From Thermoplasmatota archaeon (GTDB lineage Archaea; Thermoplasmatota; JAKEGO01): a stretch of DNA of 64,000 bases. The notes beneath the pieces were generated by a model. The model was not told the origin of the DNA. It was given only the letters and a program-made list of their open reading frames with translations, and searched no databases. This document shows, one piece after another, positions 46,748 through 57,812 of this stretch. The stretch spans positions 25,214 through 89,213 of the forward strand of contig JANQNK010000007.1 of assembly GCA_028279595.1 (NCBI GenBank), given 5' to 3'. Each line of letters opens with the position of its first letter. The stretch's first letter is position 1. The translations under genes were made by a program, and so were the position numbers.

Positions 46748-48816
46748 CCGGAGCCCGGATCACTGGACACCCCATCCTCGGGAAGCCGGGACCCGCCGAG
46801 GGGATAGAATTCACGTTCAATGGGAAGGAGATAGCGTCTGTAAGGGGGGAGATGATATCCTCCGCCCTCTTCGCAGCCGGGATCCATGTCTTCGGCCATC
46901 ATGAGAGGGACGGATCGCCCCAGGGGATGTTCTGCGCCAACGGACAGTGCGCCCAGTGCCTTGTCCTTGCAGACGGACTCCCGGTCAAATCATGCATAAC
47001 CGCCGTCAGGGAGGGGATGGACGTCAGGTCCATGGAGGGCCTGCCCGAGCTCGTGTCCGACGATCCACCCGTCGAGATGACGGACGTAACCGTGGTGGAC
47101 ACTGAAGTGCTCATCGTCGGAGGGGGGCCGGCCGGACTCTCGGCGGCCCTTGAACTGGGCGTCAAGGGCGTCCATTGTCTGATATGCGACGACAAGGCCG
47201 AACTTGGGGGAAAGCTCGGTCTCCAGACCCACAACTTCTTCGGTTCCACCAGGGACTGCTTCGCCGGCAGCCGGGGGATGGACATCGGCACCGACCTGGC
47301 ATCCTCAGTGGAGTGCCAGGATACCGTCGATATATGGCTCGACTCGCCTGTGGTCGGTGTATTCGCAGATGGTCTCGTGGGCGTCGTGCGGGAGGGCCGG
47401 TACGTTCTGGTCAGACCCGGCCGCTTGCTTGTCACAGCGGGGGCCAGGGAGAAGGCGCTGGCCTTCCCCGGATGCGACCTTCCGGGGGTCTACGGCGCAG
47501 GAGCGTTCCAGACCCTCGTGAACCGCGATCTGATAATGGCCTCGGAGAGGCTTTTCATCGTCGGGGGTGGGAACGTAGGGCTGATCGCAGCCTATCACGC
47601 GCTCCAGGCGGGCATCGACGTGCTCGGCATCGTCGAGGCATTGCCCGAATGCGGTGGCTACAAGGTCCATCTGGACAAGGTCCTGCGGCTCGGCGTCCCT
47701 GTCCACACATCTCACACTGTGCTCAGGGCAGAGGGCGAGGAGGAGCTCGAGAGGGTGGTCATCTGCGAGATCGACAGCGACTTCTCGCCGATCGAGGGGA
47801 CCGAATCGATCTACGAGGCAGACACGTTGCTGATCGCGGTGGGCCTGTCACCCGTGAGCGAATTGATAACCGAAGGTGAGAGATGTGGCATGAAGGTCCA
47901 CGCGGCGGGCGACGCCGCGGAGATCGCCGAGGCCTCGGCGGCCATGTTCTCCGGACGTATCGCGGGACGCGAGATCCTGGCGGACATGGGACTGGATGTC
48001 GAGGTCCCGCCGGAATGGCACGAGATGCTGGCCATATTGCGAAGCAAACCCGGTCCGACGCTGGGAGAGTTCCCCAGGGCCGAGGCAATGGACGTCTTTC
48101 CGGTCATCAGATGCGTACAGGAGATACCGTGCAACCCGTGCACCGGAGCCTGCGTCGTCCAGTCCATCTCAATAGAGGACCCGACAATGATGGGAAGGCC
48201 GAGGTTCGGGGGGAAATGCCTCGGCTGCACCAGCTGTGTGGCGGTCTGCCCCGGACTGGCGATCACCCTGGTGGACAGACGCTACGATCCATCGGGTGAG
48301 ACCTCCCTTGCCATCATCCCATGGGAGCTTCCGGACGGTACGATACGTTCAGGGGATGTCGTCACAACGGTGGACATGGAAGGGGGGCCCATCGGAAAGG
48401 GTTCCGTCATCGCGATCAAGGGATCCGAGTGGATGGACCGGAGACGGCTCGTCTCGGTCGAGGTGCCGTGGGACGAGGCGGACAGGGTCGCCGGTATCAG
48501 GATCATCGGGCCTGGAGAGAGAACGATACCCGGACCGGGCGGTAACGAGGACGTGATCGTCTGCCGCTGCGAGCGGGTCACGAAGAACGAGATACTCGAA
48601 TACATCCAGCGGACGGGGACCAGGGACTTCAATGCGGTCAAGGCGGCCCTGAGGCCCGGAATGGGTCCGTGCGGGGGGAAGACCTGCCACGACCTGATCA
48701 TGCGTATCTTCAGAGAGGCTGGAGCTCCACCGGGCGAGGTGGAGCCTCATGTCGAGAGGCCCTTCACCCAGGAGGTCCCGCTGTCAGCCTTCCTCGGAGG
48801 TGACATCGATGACTGA
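46744..48816 (+). CDS. Sarcosine-oxidase-alpha / dye-linked proline dehydrogenase large-subunit-like fusion (2Fe-2S, FAD/NAD, 4Fe-4S, BFD-like)
   Basis: FCANGQCAQC, GGGPAG, GGGNVG, CVQEIPCNPC...CLGCTSCVAVCPG, and CRCE...CGGKTC. Confidence 0.85.
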   Translation: MTGARITGHPILGKPGPAEGIEFTFNGKEIASVRGEMISSALFAAGIHVFGHHERDGSPQGMFCANGQCAQCLVLADGLPVKSCITAVREGMDVRSMEGLPELVSDDPPVEMTDVTVVDTEVLIVGGGPAGLSAALELGVKGVHCLICDDKAELGGKLGLQTHNFFGSTRDCFAGSRGMDIGTDLASSVECQDTVDIWLDSPVVGVFADGLVGVVREGRYVLVRPGRLLVTAGAREKALAFPGCDLPGVYGAGAFQTLVNRDLIMASERLFIVGGGNVGLIAAYHALQAGIDVLGIVEALPECGGYKVHLDKVLRLGVPVHTSHTVLRAEGEEELERVVICEIDSDFSPIEGTESIYEADTLLIAVGLSPVSELITEGERCGMKVHAAGDAAEIAEASAAMFSGRIAGREILADMGLDVEVPPEWHEMLAILRSKPGPTLGEFPRAEAMDVFPVIRCVQEIPCNPCTGACVVQSISIEDPTMMGRPRFGGKCLGCTSCVAVCPGLAITLVDRRYDPSGETSLAIIPWELPDGTIRSGDVVTTVDMEGGPIGKGSVIAIKGSEWMDRRRLVSVEVPWDEADRVAGIRIIGPGERTIPGPGGNEDVIVCRCERVTKNEILEYIQRTGTRDFNAVKAALRPGMGPCGGKTCHDLIMRIFREAGAPPGEVEPHVERPFTQEVPLSAFLGGDIDD

Positions 48817-49984
48817 CCACGATGTCATCATCATCGGATCGGGTTCGGTCGGTACCCCGACCGCCTATTTCCTGGCCGAGGCCGGCATGGACGTGCTGGT
48901 GGTCGACGAACTGGCCTCCTCCGGCCAGGGACAGAACAAGGCGGCCATCGGAGGTGCCAGGGCGACCCATTCCGATCCAGCGAAGATCATGACATGCAGC
49001 CGGAGCCTGGAGATATTCTCGACCTGGAAGGAGCGCACGGGTACGGACATCGGGTGGAAACAGGGGGGGTACTGCTTTCCCGTCTACAGGGAGAACGAGG
49101 AAGGAGTTCTGAAGGGCATCCTCCCGATACAGAAGGAACACCGACTCGAGATCGACTGGTACGATGCTGACGGTATCTCAAGGTTCGTACCCGGTATCGC
49201 GACCGATGGACTGATAGGGGGCACCTATTCCCCCAACGACGGCCAGGTCAGCCCGCTGATGGCCTCGGAATCGTTCCAGAACGAGGCCGCTGCGCTGGGA
49301 GCCAGGTTCATGTTCAACGAGTCCGTGACAGGGCTCATCATGGAGGGAGAGGGTGACGACCGGGCGGTCACCGGTATCACCTTGACATCCGGCGAGGAGA
49401 TCTCAGCAGAGTCCGTTGTGAACGCGGCTGGGGCCCATGCCTCCGACATCTGCAGGATAGCGGGCTTGGACGTACCAATCCTGCCGGACAGCCACGAGGC
49501 CGGGATCACCTCACCCGTAAAACCGTTCCTCGACCCCCTCGTCGTCGACCTGAGGCCGGGCGGGGATGGGAGGACCTCCAACTTCTACTTCGGACAGAAC
49601 TCCGAGGGACAGATAATATTCTGCTACACACCGAGTCCGCTGCTCCCGGGGGAGGACAAGCGCGCCACCTCCGAGTTCATGCCGACGATCGCCAGGAGGC
49701 TCGTAGGGCTCATCCCCAGATTGAAGAACCTCATGGTCCGGCGCACCTGGCGCGGTCTCTATCCGATGACCCAGGACGGCGTGCCGGTCGTGGGCCAGGA
49801 CCCGTGCGTAAGGGGATTCTACATGGGCATCGGGATGTGCGGCCAGGGGCTGATGATGGGTCCCGGTGTGGGCGAGAGCCTCGCCTCGGTGATAGCAAAG
49901 GGCAGACCGGTGATCGACGAGGATGTCTTCGACCTCCTGAGCCCGACGAGGGACTTCGCCTGCGGACAGGAGCTCCTGAAGTAG
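48809..49984 (+). CDS. FAD-dependent amino-acid dehydrogenase (DAO / sarcosine oxidase beta / PdhB-like)
   Basis: IIGSGSVG, VVNAAG, RTWRGLY, GMCGQGLMMGP; SD GGAGGTGA upstream. Confidence 0.88.
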   Translation: MTDHDVIIIGSGSVGTPTAYFLAEAGMDVLVVDELASSGQGQNKAAIGGARATHSDPAKIMTCSRSLEIFSTWKERTGTDIGWKQGGYCFPVYRENEEGVLKGILPIQKEHRLEIDWYDADGISRFVPGIATDGLIGGTYSPNDGQVSPLMASESFQNEAAALGARFMFNESVTGLIMEGEGDDRAVTGITLTSGEEISAESVVNAAGAHASDICRIAGLDVPILPDSHEAGITSPVKPFLDPLVVDLRPGGDGRTSNFYFGQNSEGQIIFCYTPSPLLPGEDKRATSEFMPTIARRLVGLIPRLKNLMVRRTWRGLYPMTQDGVPVVGQDPCVRGFYMGIGMCGQGLMMGPGVGESLASVIAKGRPVIDEDVFDLLSPTRDFACGQELLK

Positions 49985-50031
49985 GCCGTTGAGAACCTGC
50001 GGACCGGCACCGACGACCCGGTTCGACCGGA

Positions 50032-53000
50032 TCAATCCTCTTCCCGTTTCCTGAACCACACCATTGCAGCGACGACGAATGCCGCTCCGGACATTGCGAT
50101 TGGTGCCGAGGCCATCCCGTTCGATGACGTCGGAGGTTGATCGGACACCTGGATGGGCACCTGGGCTGCGTTGTTGTCCTGTATGCTGAGGGCCTCCTCG
50201 CCGCCGTAAACCAGCTGTGCGCGGATCACGTGCTCTCCGGATGTCGATGGCGCGAACCTGAAAGTGAGGATCTGGTAGGCCGCGTCGAATCCCGTTCCGG
50301 TGGTGACCGCCGGGATGTTGACGGTGCGATTCCCGACCTCCTCGCCGTTGTCCGTAAGCGTGACCGTGACACCGTTAGCCTCGGTGTTTCCGTGGTTCTG
50401 GACCTTGACCCAGACGGTCATGTCCTCGTTCACGAGCTGCTTCTCGATGAAGTCCGGCACGATCCCCTCCTCGGTTATGGAGAGCTCGGCCTTCGCAGGA
50501 ATGACCAGGAGGTTTCCGACCTTGACGTAATTGTTGTTGTTGACCTCGGGTATGATGTCCCTCGGGTCCATGATGATGCAGAGCGGATATGCGTCGAGGC
50601 TGTCCGAGCCCGTCTTCTGGGCCAGAAGGACCCTGAGAGGGGCGGTGTCGATGGTCAGGACCATGCCCTGCTCGATGGTCTCGTTGTGATAACCAGATGG
50701 AATGATCTCGATGACCTCGGACCACCTGTCGTGCACGGTGTACTGGGGATCGAGGCTGATGAAGAGGTCCTCCCTGACGTCGAAGGCCCTGTCCCTGTCG
50801 AGGTCCAGGAACACGAGGACGCCGACGTGTGCGGCCACCAGGAACCCCGTGTTCCTGAGTGTGCAGTCCAGAGTTAGATAGTCACCCTCGATCACACCGA
50901 TCCTCTCGTCGGGCATGTCCACGGTCCCGCTCAGCGTGATGTCCTCCCTCCTCAGCTCGATCTCGGGAGGAGGTCCGAAGACCACCGCCTTCAGGATCGC
51001 ATGGTTGTTATCCTTCGTGAACTCGACTATCCTGGACTCCTTGTCGATCCATATCTCGAGTGTGTGCGTGAAGTTCTGCCCGTCGTCTATGGGCGTCCAG
51101 TACAGCGAGTAGGTGCCGTTCTCGTAGGCCCCGAGTGTGACCATGACGGAATCGACGGTCCTGTTGTTGTCGGTGAGGTTGATGTTGAAGTTCTCGGCTA
51201 TCACCGGCCCGAGGTTGTGGATAGTGACCTCGATCCTGTTCTCGTAGCCGAGCACCGGTCCGACGCCGAACTCGACGTCCGGGTTCCTGTCCCACTTGGT
51301 CATGTTCGCGATGGCCATGTCGGGGACGGGCCACACGTATATCGTGCGTATGAAGTGATTGTTGGTCTCGTTCAGCTCGACGATCGCGTTCTCCGGGTCG
51401 ACCGAGATGTTGATCGTGTGGTTACCGACCGGATTCGCGAACCAGGTCACGTCGAGATGCACCTTCTGGCCAGGACGTATCTTCACGCCCTCCTCGTGGA
51501 AGACGACGCCGTTGTCGGTGAACCTCACGGTCGCGTTGTCGACCTTGACGCCGCCCTCGTTCCTGACGTCCACGCCGATCGTCACATAGGTACCGTCGGG
51601 CTGGTTCACGACGGACTCGACGTCCTGCTCCCTGAGGGTCAGCTCGGGCGTGTCGATGTTGTCGAGGCAGTAGACATAACCGTCACTGACCGACACGACG
51701 ACCTCGCCCATCCCGTCGTTGTCCATGTCAGCGACCACGGGCTGCTGCATGCTGAAACCGAAGTAGAACGACCACGCAATGGTCCCGTTGTTGCCGTGTA
51801 GGACGTACATGTATCCGTCCGAGGCGCCGAAGAGGATGTCGGGGGTGCCGTCCTGGTTCATGTCCGCCACCGAGGGGGCCGACAGCTCGATCTCGTCGTT
51901 GTCAAGGTCGAACTTCCAGAGGACCGAGCCGTCGTCGTCGATGCAGTAGACCCTGCCGTCGATCATGGTCTGGATGACCTCGTCGACGCCGTCCCTGTCG
52001 ACGTCGGCCGCAGCCCCGTACCCGGGTTCCATCCTGTAGCTGTCCTCCATGGGATCGCCTCCGTACCACAGGACCTCGCCCGTCTCCATATCGAGGGCGG
52101 ACCCTATGACCGTGGTCGAGTAGTACTGGTATCCCACGAGGACCTCGTCCATGATGTCCAGGTCGCCGCTGCCCACCATCTGGCCCGCATACGAGTAGAC
52201 CGGGCTCACCGGGACCTCGAGGACCCATACCCCTGTCAGCGGGTCCATGACCCGGTAGGTCGTACCGTCCATCACGACGAGCTCGTCCATGCCGTCCCCA
52301 TCGACGTCGTGGGCGGTCAGGTCACGGTGGGTGTAGAACCTGTCCTTGACCCAGATGGGTGTCTGGGTAGCACCGTCCAGCACCATGGAACCCGTGACGT
52401 AGATGGTCCAGAGGTGAGGCGGGCTGTACGAGTAATTTCGATATGTGAAGAATATGTCGAGGTGATCGTCCCCGTTGAAATCGCCGACGACCATCCGGCG
52501 GAAGGTGGTCAGCTTCTCCGCCCCTCCGAAGATAGAGTGTCGGTTGAAGCGCCACTCGCGCCACCACTCGGTCCCGTTCCATTCATAGACCAGGATAGCG
52601 CTGTACGACCTCGTCACAAGCTCTGTCCTCCCGTCGTTGTCGTAATCGACGAGGATGTGATCACCGTAACGCGGTCCTGTCAGGACCCCGTCGTCGGACA
52701 TCACGGGTTCGTTGTGGTAATCGGCTCCCGTGATGTTGAGTATTCCGAGGTATCCGGTCCGGGGCATGTGGAAGAGGACGTCCTTGGGACCGTCGTCGTC
52801 CAGGTCCGAGACCCATAGATGGGTGGTCGGGCCGCCGGTCCTCGCGGTCACGTGGTCCCCGGTGCCGTTGATCGTCCATACGTGTCCATCATCGGACACG
52901 ACGACCGCCTCGTTCAGATCGTCACCGGTCAGGTTCGCTACGTCCCTGACGAAGACGTTGGGCGTGGGATTGCCCGACCGTGTCGGGAAGAACCATATCT

Positions 53001-56000
53001 CCTCCGGTGAGGACCCATCGACGTTGTAGGCCCCGATGTTGTGCTCGTAGCTCGTGGAGAGGAACAGCTCGTTGATACCATCGCCATCGACATCGCCGTA
53101 GGCGTTGGACGATCCCGCCCTGTACCAGCACGCCGTCGGGTCGTGAGTGGTCTGGTAGTACCGGTTCATGTAGGCCCTCTGGAAACTGGTGGAGTTCCAC
53201 TTCTCCGTATAGCCGGAAAGCGATCCGTCGATGCAGACCCAGCGACTGCCGTCCTGGATGAGTATCTCCTTGAGGGGGTCGTCGTCGATGTCCACCACGG
53301 CCCGGACCTCCCAGTCCCAGGAACCCGGAGCCCCGAACTGGGCCTCCACGGCCCCCGTGTCGAGGTCGATCACGAGGCTGTGCCACCTGTGGTGCCCAGT
53401 AGCCCTTGCCTCCTCGCTCTGGTAACGAAGACTGACGGCCATCTCGTAGACGCCGTCGCCGTCGAGGTCGGCGACGCTGCCGACCCGCCAGTGGAAGTCG
53501 TACCTGTCGCCCCATGTGTCGGGGACCTCGTAGTGGCTCCTCTCGCCGATCGTCGTCTCGTTGCATTCGAGGACGAATATCCCGGAGAACTCGTTCCTCC
53601 GGTAGGGTATCACGATGTTGCCCCTGCCGTCGGCGGGGTCCAGGTCGACGATCACGACTGAACCGCTGACTCTGTACGGGTCCGAGCTCAGGGTCCTCTC
53701 GTACTCGAAGGACCCGTCCTCGGCATTGTAGACCGCCACCCTGTAGCGGGCGAGGTCCACGACCTCCTTCTCGCCGTCGAGGTCGACATCGCCTATGGCA
53801 AGGCTGTTGTAGGAATCGTAAGCGTAGGATATGTCCCACATCGTCTCGGGGACAGCGCGCCATCCGACGGTATTGAACTTCCATGCCCTCAGGCGTCCGT
53901 CGTTGATCTTGACTATCATCTCGTACTTTCCGTCGTTGAGTCCGTCGAAGTCGTCGACGATGATGTTGTCGGGTGAGTTGTACTGCAGGTATCGGGTCGG
54001 CCAGGTCTTCTCGTACTGGAGGGTGCCATTGATCCCGTTGATTATGGAGATCCTCGCGGGATAGTAGTTCCCGGCGATGACGTCGGGGACGCCGTTCTTG
54101 TCCACGTCGTAGACGCCGATGATGCTGTCCACGGCGCTGGTCTTCCCGATCCAGAGCAGGACGTCATCGGGTGTCTTTGCGACGACGCGGTCCCCGTAGA
54201 TCATCACGATGTCGTTCCTCGAATCGAGGTTGACGTCCGCAGTGACGCCCCAGGTCGCGTATCCGCCGATGTGGTACTTCCAGCTGACACCGGGCCCCAC
54301 GATGTCCGATGCGAGCGTGGTGTATGATGTCGATTGCTTGTTCCCGCGCTTGTAGGTCCAGTCGTCCGTCGGCACCAGCTGGGCGTGGCGGGTCCGGTCA
54401 GTGGATACGTTGGATATCAGGGCCGATCCGGTCCAGAGCTCGTATCCCTGCTTCTCGATCGTGATCGTGTACTCCACGTCGCCGGAGGTGGTGTAACGCA
54501 CGGGCGCGACATAGGTCCCATCCGTCTGGGAGAGCACCGTCAGGTTCTCCATCTGGAGGACGTCCTGGGTCACATGGACCTTGGCCATCGGTATGCGGGT
54601 CCCGACGTCAGCCTGCGTCACCTCGCCGTGGACCCACGCGGGCTGCTCGTAGAAGAAGAAGCTCATGTCCCTCAGGACCGGTGTCTCGTATCCGTCAGCG
54701 GTGGTCAGGACCACCCGGTACTGTACAAGCTCACCCTGCAGTGCCGTCCCGAAGTCGTATTCGAGGTTGTCGACGGGGACCCACGCTGAAGCGTTGACCT
54801 CCGCAGTGGTGTTGCCGGAGCGGAAGTACGTAGTTATCGTCGTTCCAGGCGGGAGGTCCTCGTGCCACTGGATGGCGCTGACCATGAAGTCGGGGTCCGT
54901 GGTGTTGTACTCCGGGGAGATGTACTCGCCCGTCATCCCGGTGCCGTATACACCGATGTCGGCGACCTGATAGTAATGCCATCTGTCGTTGGTCGAGTGG
55001 TTGCCGTAGACGTCGAAGAGCCTGACGTACCTTCCGGTCACGGTCGCGGTGGATGGGAGCCATCCCGAGACCGTGGAACCGGACGTACCGGTGAACTCGG
55101 CACCGTCGGTCAGTAGGAAGGTGTCAGGGCAGTCATGGACGTCGGTCCATGTACCCTTGTCGTAGCTCACGATCATCGTCTCGCCCGAGAAGGTGTCCGT
55201 CGTTACGTTGTAATCGGTATAGACGGCCATCTTGAACCCGCTCTGCCACAGACGGTGGTGGTTGTTCATCAGGTACTCGATGTGCGTGATGTCCTGCTGC
55301 GAGCCGAGGTCGATGGCTATCCATTGGGGGTTCATGTTGTCGCCGGAATTGATGTTCCGCGTTCCGTGGAATATCCTTTCGCGGCGCCCGTCCACCGCCT
55401 GATGGAACGGGTAGGTGGACCAGTCGCCGTAGTTGCTGAAGACCGTCGCATCGAGCGCCAGGTTGTTGTCGAGGACGACGGCGTTGCGCTTCTCGCTGAC
55501 GATGGTCCCGTTGAAGGTGCCCGGCGAGAAGTCGTCGACGCTAGTGAGATCTATGTGATTGATGCGCGTGATCTCGAGGTCCAGGGTCGCGTTCCCGATC
55601 AGGGCGATCGACTCCTGATATCCGTTGTAGATGTCGTTGCCGGTGGTGAGCCGGTACGATCCCGCCGGGACGCCGATCCTGTACATGCCGTCCGCGTCGG
55701 TGATGTCGAGGTTCTGGAGGAGCCCGCCCGACATGAGAGAGACCGTGACGTCAGGAACGGGATATCCGCCCGTGTTCGTGACCTGCCCGGCAAGCCATAC
55801 AGGGTCCTCGAAGAAACGGATGGCGATGGACTCGAGCACGGGCGTGCTGCGGCCAGTCCCGTTGAAGAACACCCGATACTGGATGTACCTGCCGGACGGT
55901 GTCGTCAGGGTGTTGTCGAGGGGATCGACATCCTCCCACGCGGAAGCCCCGGCCATTCCGGGGTCATCGGAGGAACGCAGCTGCACCGTAAGGGTCTGGT

Positions 56001-57597
56001 TGGCGTTGACGTGGGCCGAATATGTTACGAGAGTGACCTGGTCGTCGACCGATCCCGCATCGTGGATGTCCGAGACGTAATACCCGGTCGTCCCGAGGGT
56101 CGACTGCGTGAGGGATGGAGGTGCCGATATCGCGTAGTTCTGCCTGTGGGTGGCCGTGTCGTACTTGATCACCTGCCTCGACGACCAGCTCGTTCCGTCG
56201 CCCATGTTGGCTGCCGAGTATATCCTGCCGCCGCTCCCGTGTTCGATGGCGATGATGTCGAGGTCGCCGTCACCGTCGAAGTCGAAATCGTCGATCGCGC
56301 CATGGCTCGAGTAGTCGAAGGACACTCCCTGCCAGGTGAATCCGCAGGCTCCATCGCCCTTCCAGATGGAGTACACTCCTGGCGAGCCGTCGTTGGTCAT
56401 GATGTCCGCGGTGCCGTCGTTGTCGAGGTCGGCCACGACCAGTCCATAGGGGTCGCGGTAGGCCGCCTCGTCGTAGAGCTGTGAGTACGCCGTGAAGAGG
56501 TAGACCGGCTCCGAGAAGGTGCCGTTGCCCGTGCCGAGGAAGGCCCAGACCGTTCCGGTCCCGTACTCGGTGTAGACGACGTCCGGATTTCCGTCGTTGT
56601 TGACGTCACCGGCGTCCTTGCCCCTGCCCCTGCCTCCGGGGGCGTTGGTCGTGATCGTGTTCTTGATGAAAGAGCCGTTCCCGATCCCCTCGTAGAAGTA
56701 GAGGGCATCATCGTTCCCGGTGATGGCGAAATCCCAGTTCCCGTCCAGGTCGTAGTCGTCCACGGCGCAGTCCATCAGGTATGCGTTCACATCGAAAGCA
56801 GTACCCTGTATCTCTGCCGGGTCCGCGAAGGTCCTGTGTCCCTCGCCGTCCACGCCGAGGTTCTCGACGAAGTAGAGGTTGTTGTTGTCCTTCCAGTTCC
56901 CGTCGTACTTGATGAAGGGTACGACCATGTCATAGTCGCCGTCGTTGTCGAAGTCGGCGAGGGGGACTCCCCTCACGTTCAGGGAGAAGGAATCGACGGC
57001 GACCTCCCAGTCGTCGTACTCGTAGTAATCGTCCTTGTTCGCGAAGGTTCCGTCTCCGTTGATGTCGACGTACCATACGTAGCCCCTGTTGGAGTTCCGC
57101 TGGTTCCAGTTCCCGCCCCACTCGTAGTCGTTGGCCGTGACGAAGAACCACTCGTCCTGGGGGAGCAGGGGGCTGTCCGTGACGGAGAGGCGCATCCCGT
57201 CCTGGATCATCTCGACCCCCGAGAACGTACCGTCGGAGAACATGTCTCCGGCCTCGTACCATCCGCCCGGTATCATGTGGGCTGTGATCGAGGAGTCGGT
57301 GCTGACGTTGTTGACCACGAACGGCTCGTACCCCGAGGCGGATCCGAGGACCTGGTAGTCCCCGTGGGCCAGCATCGCGGAGAACTCCCCGTTCACGTCG
57401 GTCACTGTGGCGTTAGCGCCGTTGAAACTCACGATAGCGCCGGCCATCGGGTTCCCGGAGCCGTCGAGGACCGTTCCGGATATCGTGCCGGCCTGCAGCG
57501 GGGCGTATGATCCCTCTGCCGAGGCAACAGTGTCCAGCACGGGTGTCATCGATACAGTCAAAAGTAGCAATACGACAAAGACAGGGCTATGCTTCAT
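50032..57597 (-). CDS. Giant (~2520 aa) surface protein: carboxypeptidase-regulatory-like, FG-GAP/VCBS propellers, F5/8-type-C-like domain, CARDB repeats, C-terminal TM helix
   Basis: Signal peptide; many DxDxDGxxD Ca-binding repeats; QWIAIDLG discoidin-like motif; CARDB ...ELNETNN; TM helix plus RKREED. Confidence 0.87.
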   Translation of the reverse strand: MKHSPVFVVLLLLTVSMTPVLDTVASAEGSYAPLQAGTISGTVLDGSGNPMAGAIVSFNGANATVTDVNGEFSAMLAHGDYQVLGSASGYEPFVVNNVSTDSSITAHMIPGGWYEAGDMFSDGTFSGVEMIQDGMRLSVTDSPLLPQDEWFFVTANDYEWGGNWNQRNSNRGYVWYVDINGDGTFANKDDYYEYDDWEVAVDSFSLNVRGVPLADFDNDGDYDMVVPFIKYDGNWKDNNNLYFVENLGVDGEGHRTFADPAEIQGTAFDVNAYLMDCAVDDYDLDGNWDFAITGNDDALYFYEGIGNGSFIKNTITTNAPGGRGRGKDAGDVNNDGNPDVVYTEYGTGTVWAFLGTGNGTFSEPVYLFTAYSQLYDEAAYRDPYGLVVADLDNDGTADIMTNDGSPGVYSIWKGDGACGFTWQGVSFDYSSHGAIDDFDFDGDGDLDIIAIEHGSGGRIYSAANMGDGTSWSSRQVIKYDTATHRQNYAISAPPSLTQSTLGTTGYYVSDIHDAGSVDDQVTLVTYSAHVNANQTLTVQLRSSDDPGMAGASAWEDVDPLDNTLTTPSGRYIQYRVFFNGTGRSTPVLESIAIRFFEDPVWLAGQVTNTGGYPVPDVTVSLMSGGLLQNLDITDADGMYRIGVPAGSYRLTTGNDIYNGYQESIALIGNATLDLEITRINHIDLTSVDDFSPGTFNGTIVSEKRNAVVLDNNLALDATVFSNYGDWSTYPFHQAVDGRRERIFHGTRNINSGDNMNPQWIAIDLGSQQDITHIEYLMNNHHRLWQSGFKMAVYTDYNVTTDTFSGETMIVSYDKGTWTDVHDCPDTFLLTDGAEFTGTSGSTVSGWLPSTATVTGRYVRLFDVYGNHSTNDRWHYYQVADIGVYGTGMTGEYISPEYNTTDPDFMVSAIQWHEDLPPGTTITTYFRSGNTTAEVNASAWVPVDNLEYDFGTALQGELVQYRVVLTTADGYETPVLRDMSFFFYEQPAWVHGEVTQADVGTRIPMAKVHVTQDVLQMENLTVLSQTDGTYVAPVRYTTSGDVEYTITIEKQGYELWTGSALISNVSTDRTRHAQLVPTDDWTYKRGNKQSTSYTTLASDIVGPGVSWKYHIGGYATWGVTADVNLDSRNDIVMIYGDRVVAKTPDDVLLWIGKTSAVDSIIGVYDVDKNGVPDVIAGNYYPARISIINGINGTLQYEKTWPTRYLQYNSPDNIIVDDFDGLNDGKYEMIVKINDGRLRAWKFNTVGWRAVPETMWDISYAYDSYNSLAIGDVDLDGEKEVVDLARYRVAVYNAEDGSFEYERTLSSDPYRVSGSVVIVDLDPADGRGNIVIPYRRNEFSGIFVLECNETTIGERSHYEVPDTWGDRYDFHWRVGSVADLDGDGVYEMAVSLRYQSEEARATGHHRWHSLVIDLDTGAVEAQFGAPGSWDWEVRAVVDIDDDPLKEILIQDGSRWVCIDGSLSGYTEKWNSTSFQRAYMNRYYQTTHDPTACWYRAGSSNAYGDVDGDGINELFLSTSYEHNIGAYNVDGSSPEEIWFFPTRSGNPTPNVFVRDVANLTGDDLNEAVVVSDDGHVWTINGTGDHVTARTGGPTTHLWVSDLDDDGPKDVLFHMPRTGYLGILNITGADYHNEPVMSDDGVLTGPRYGDHILVDYDNDGRTELVTRSYSAILVYEWNGTEWWREWRFNRHSIFGGAEKLTTFRRMVVGDFNGDDHLDIFFTYRNYSYSPPHLWTIYVTGSMVLDGATQTPIWVKDRFYTHRDLTAHDVDGDGMDELVVMDGTTYRVMDPLTGVWVLEVPVSPVYSYAGQMVGSGDLDIMDEVLVGYQYYSTTVIGSALDMETGEVLWYGGDPMEDSYRMEPGYGAAADVDRDGVDEVIQTMIDGRVYCIDDDGSVLWKFDLDNDEIELSAPSVADMNQDGTPDILFGASDGYMYVLHGNNGTIAWSFYFGFSMQQPVVADMDNDGMGEVVVSVSDGYVYCLDNIDTPELTLREQDVESVVNQPDGTYVTIGVDVRNEGGVKVDNATVRFTDNGVVFHEEGVKIRPGQKVHLDVTWFANPVGNHTINISVDPENAIVELNETNNHFIRTIYVWPVPDMAIANMTKWDRNPDVEFGVGPVLGYENRIEVTIHNLGPVIAENFNINLTDNNRTVDSVMVTLGAYENGTYSLYWTPIDDGQNFTHTLEIWIDKESRIVEFTKDNNHAILKAVVFGPPPEIELRREDITLSGTVDMPDERIGVIEGDYLTLDCTLRNTGFLVAAHVGVLVFLDLDRDRAFDVREDLFISLDPQYTVHDRWSEVIEIIPSGYHNETIEQGMVLTIDTAPLRVLLAQKTGSDSLDAYPLCIIMDPRDIIPEVNNNNYVKVGNLLVIPAKAELSITEEGIVPDFIEKQLVNEDMTVWVKVQNHGNTEANGVTVTLTDNGEEVGNRTVNIPAVTTGTGFDAAYQILTFRFAPSTSGEHVIRAQLVYGGEEALSIQDNNAAQVPIQVSDQPPTSSNGMASAPIAMSGAAFVVAAMVWFRKREED

Positions 57598-57812
57598 GTT
57601 CACGCCTCCGTAAAATGGTCCACCATTCCACACCATTCCACCGCTTCGAACATCCGATGGACGATATTTAAACCTAACCCTGACCGTATAAGACCGTAAT
57701 GCGCGCGTAAGGGCCCCGATAAAGGCGAAAAGAACGGTCCCAGAGCGCACCGGCTAGGTTATTATCGGTCGGTGGGGGGACCGTTACTGTACGGAACGGG
57801 CCGTGTTGCCGA

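Noticed and set aside
57621-57785. 10-bp tandem duplication caccattcca x2 and long imperfect hairpin 57733-57785
   Set aside because: Single occurrences that do not match the hairpin-family consensus; plausibly ordinary leader and 3'-end structures.
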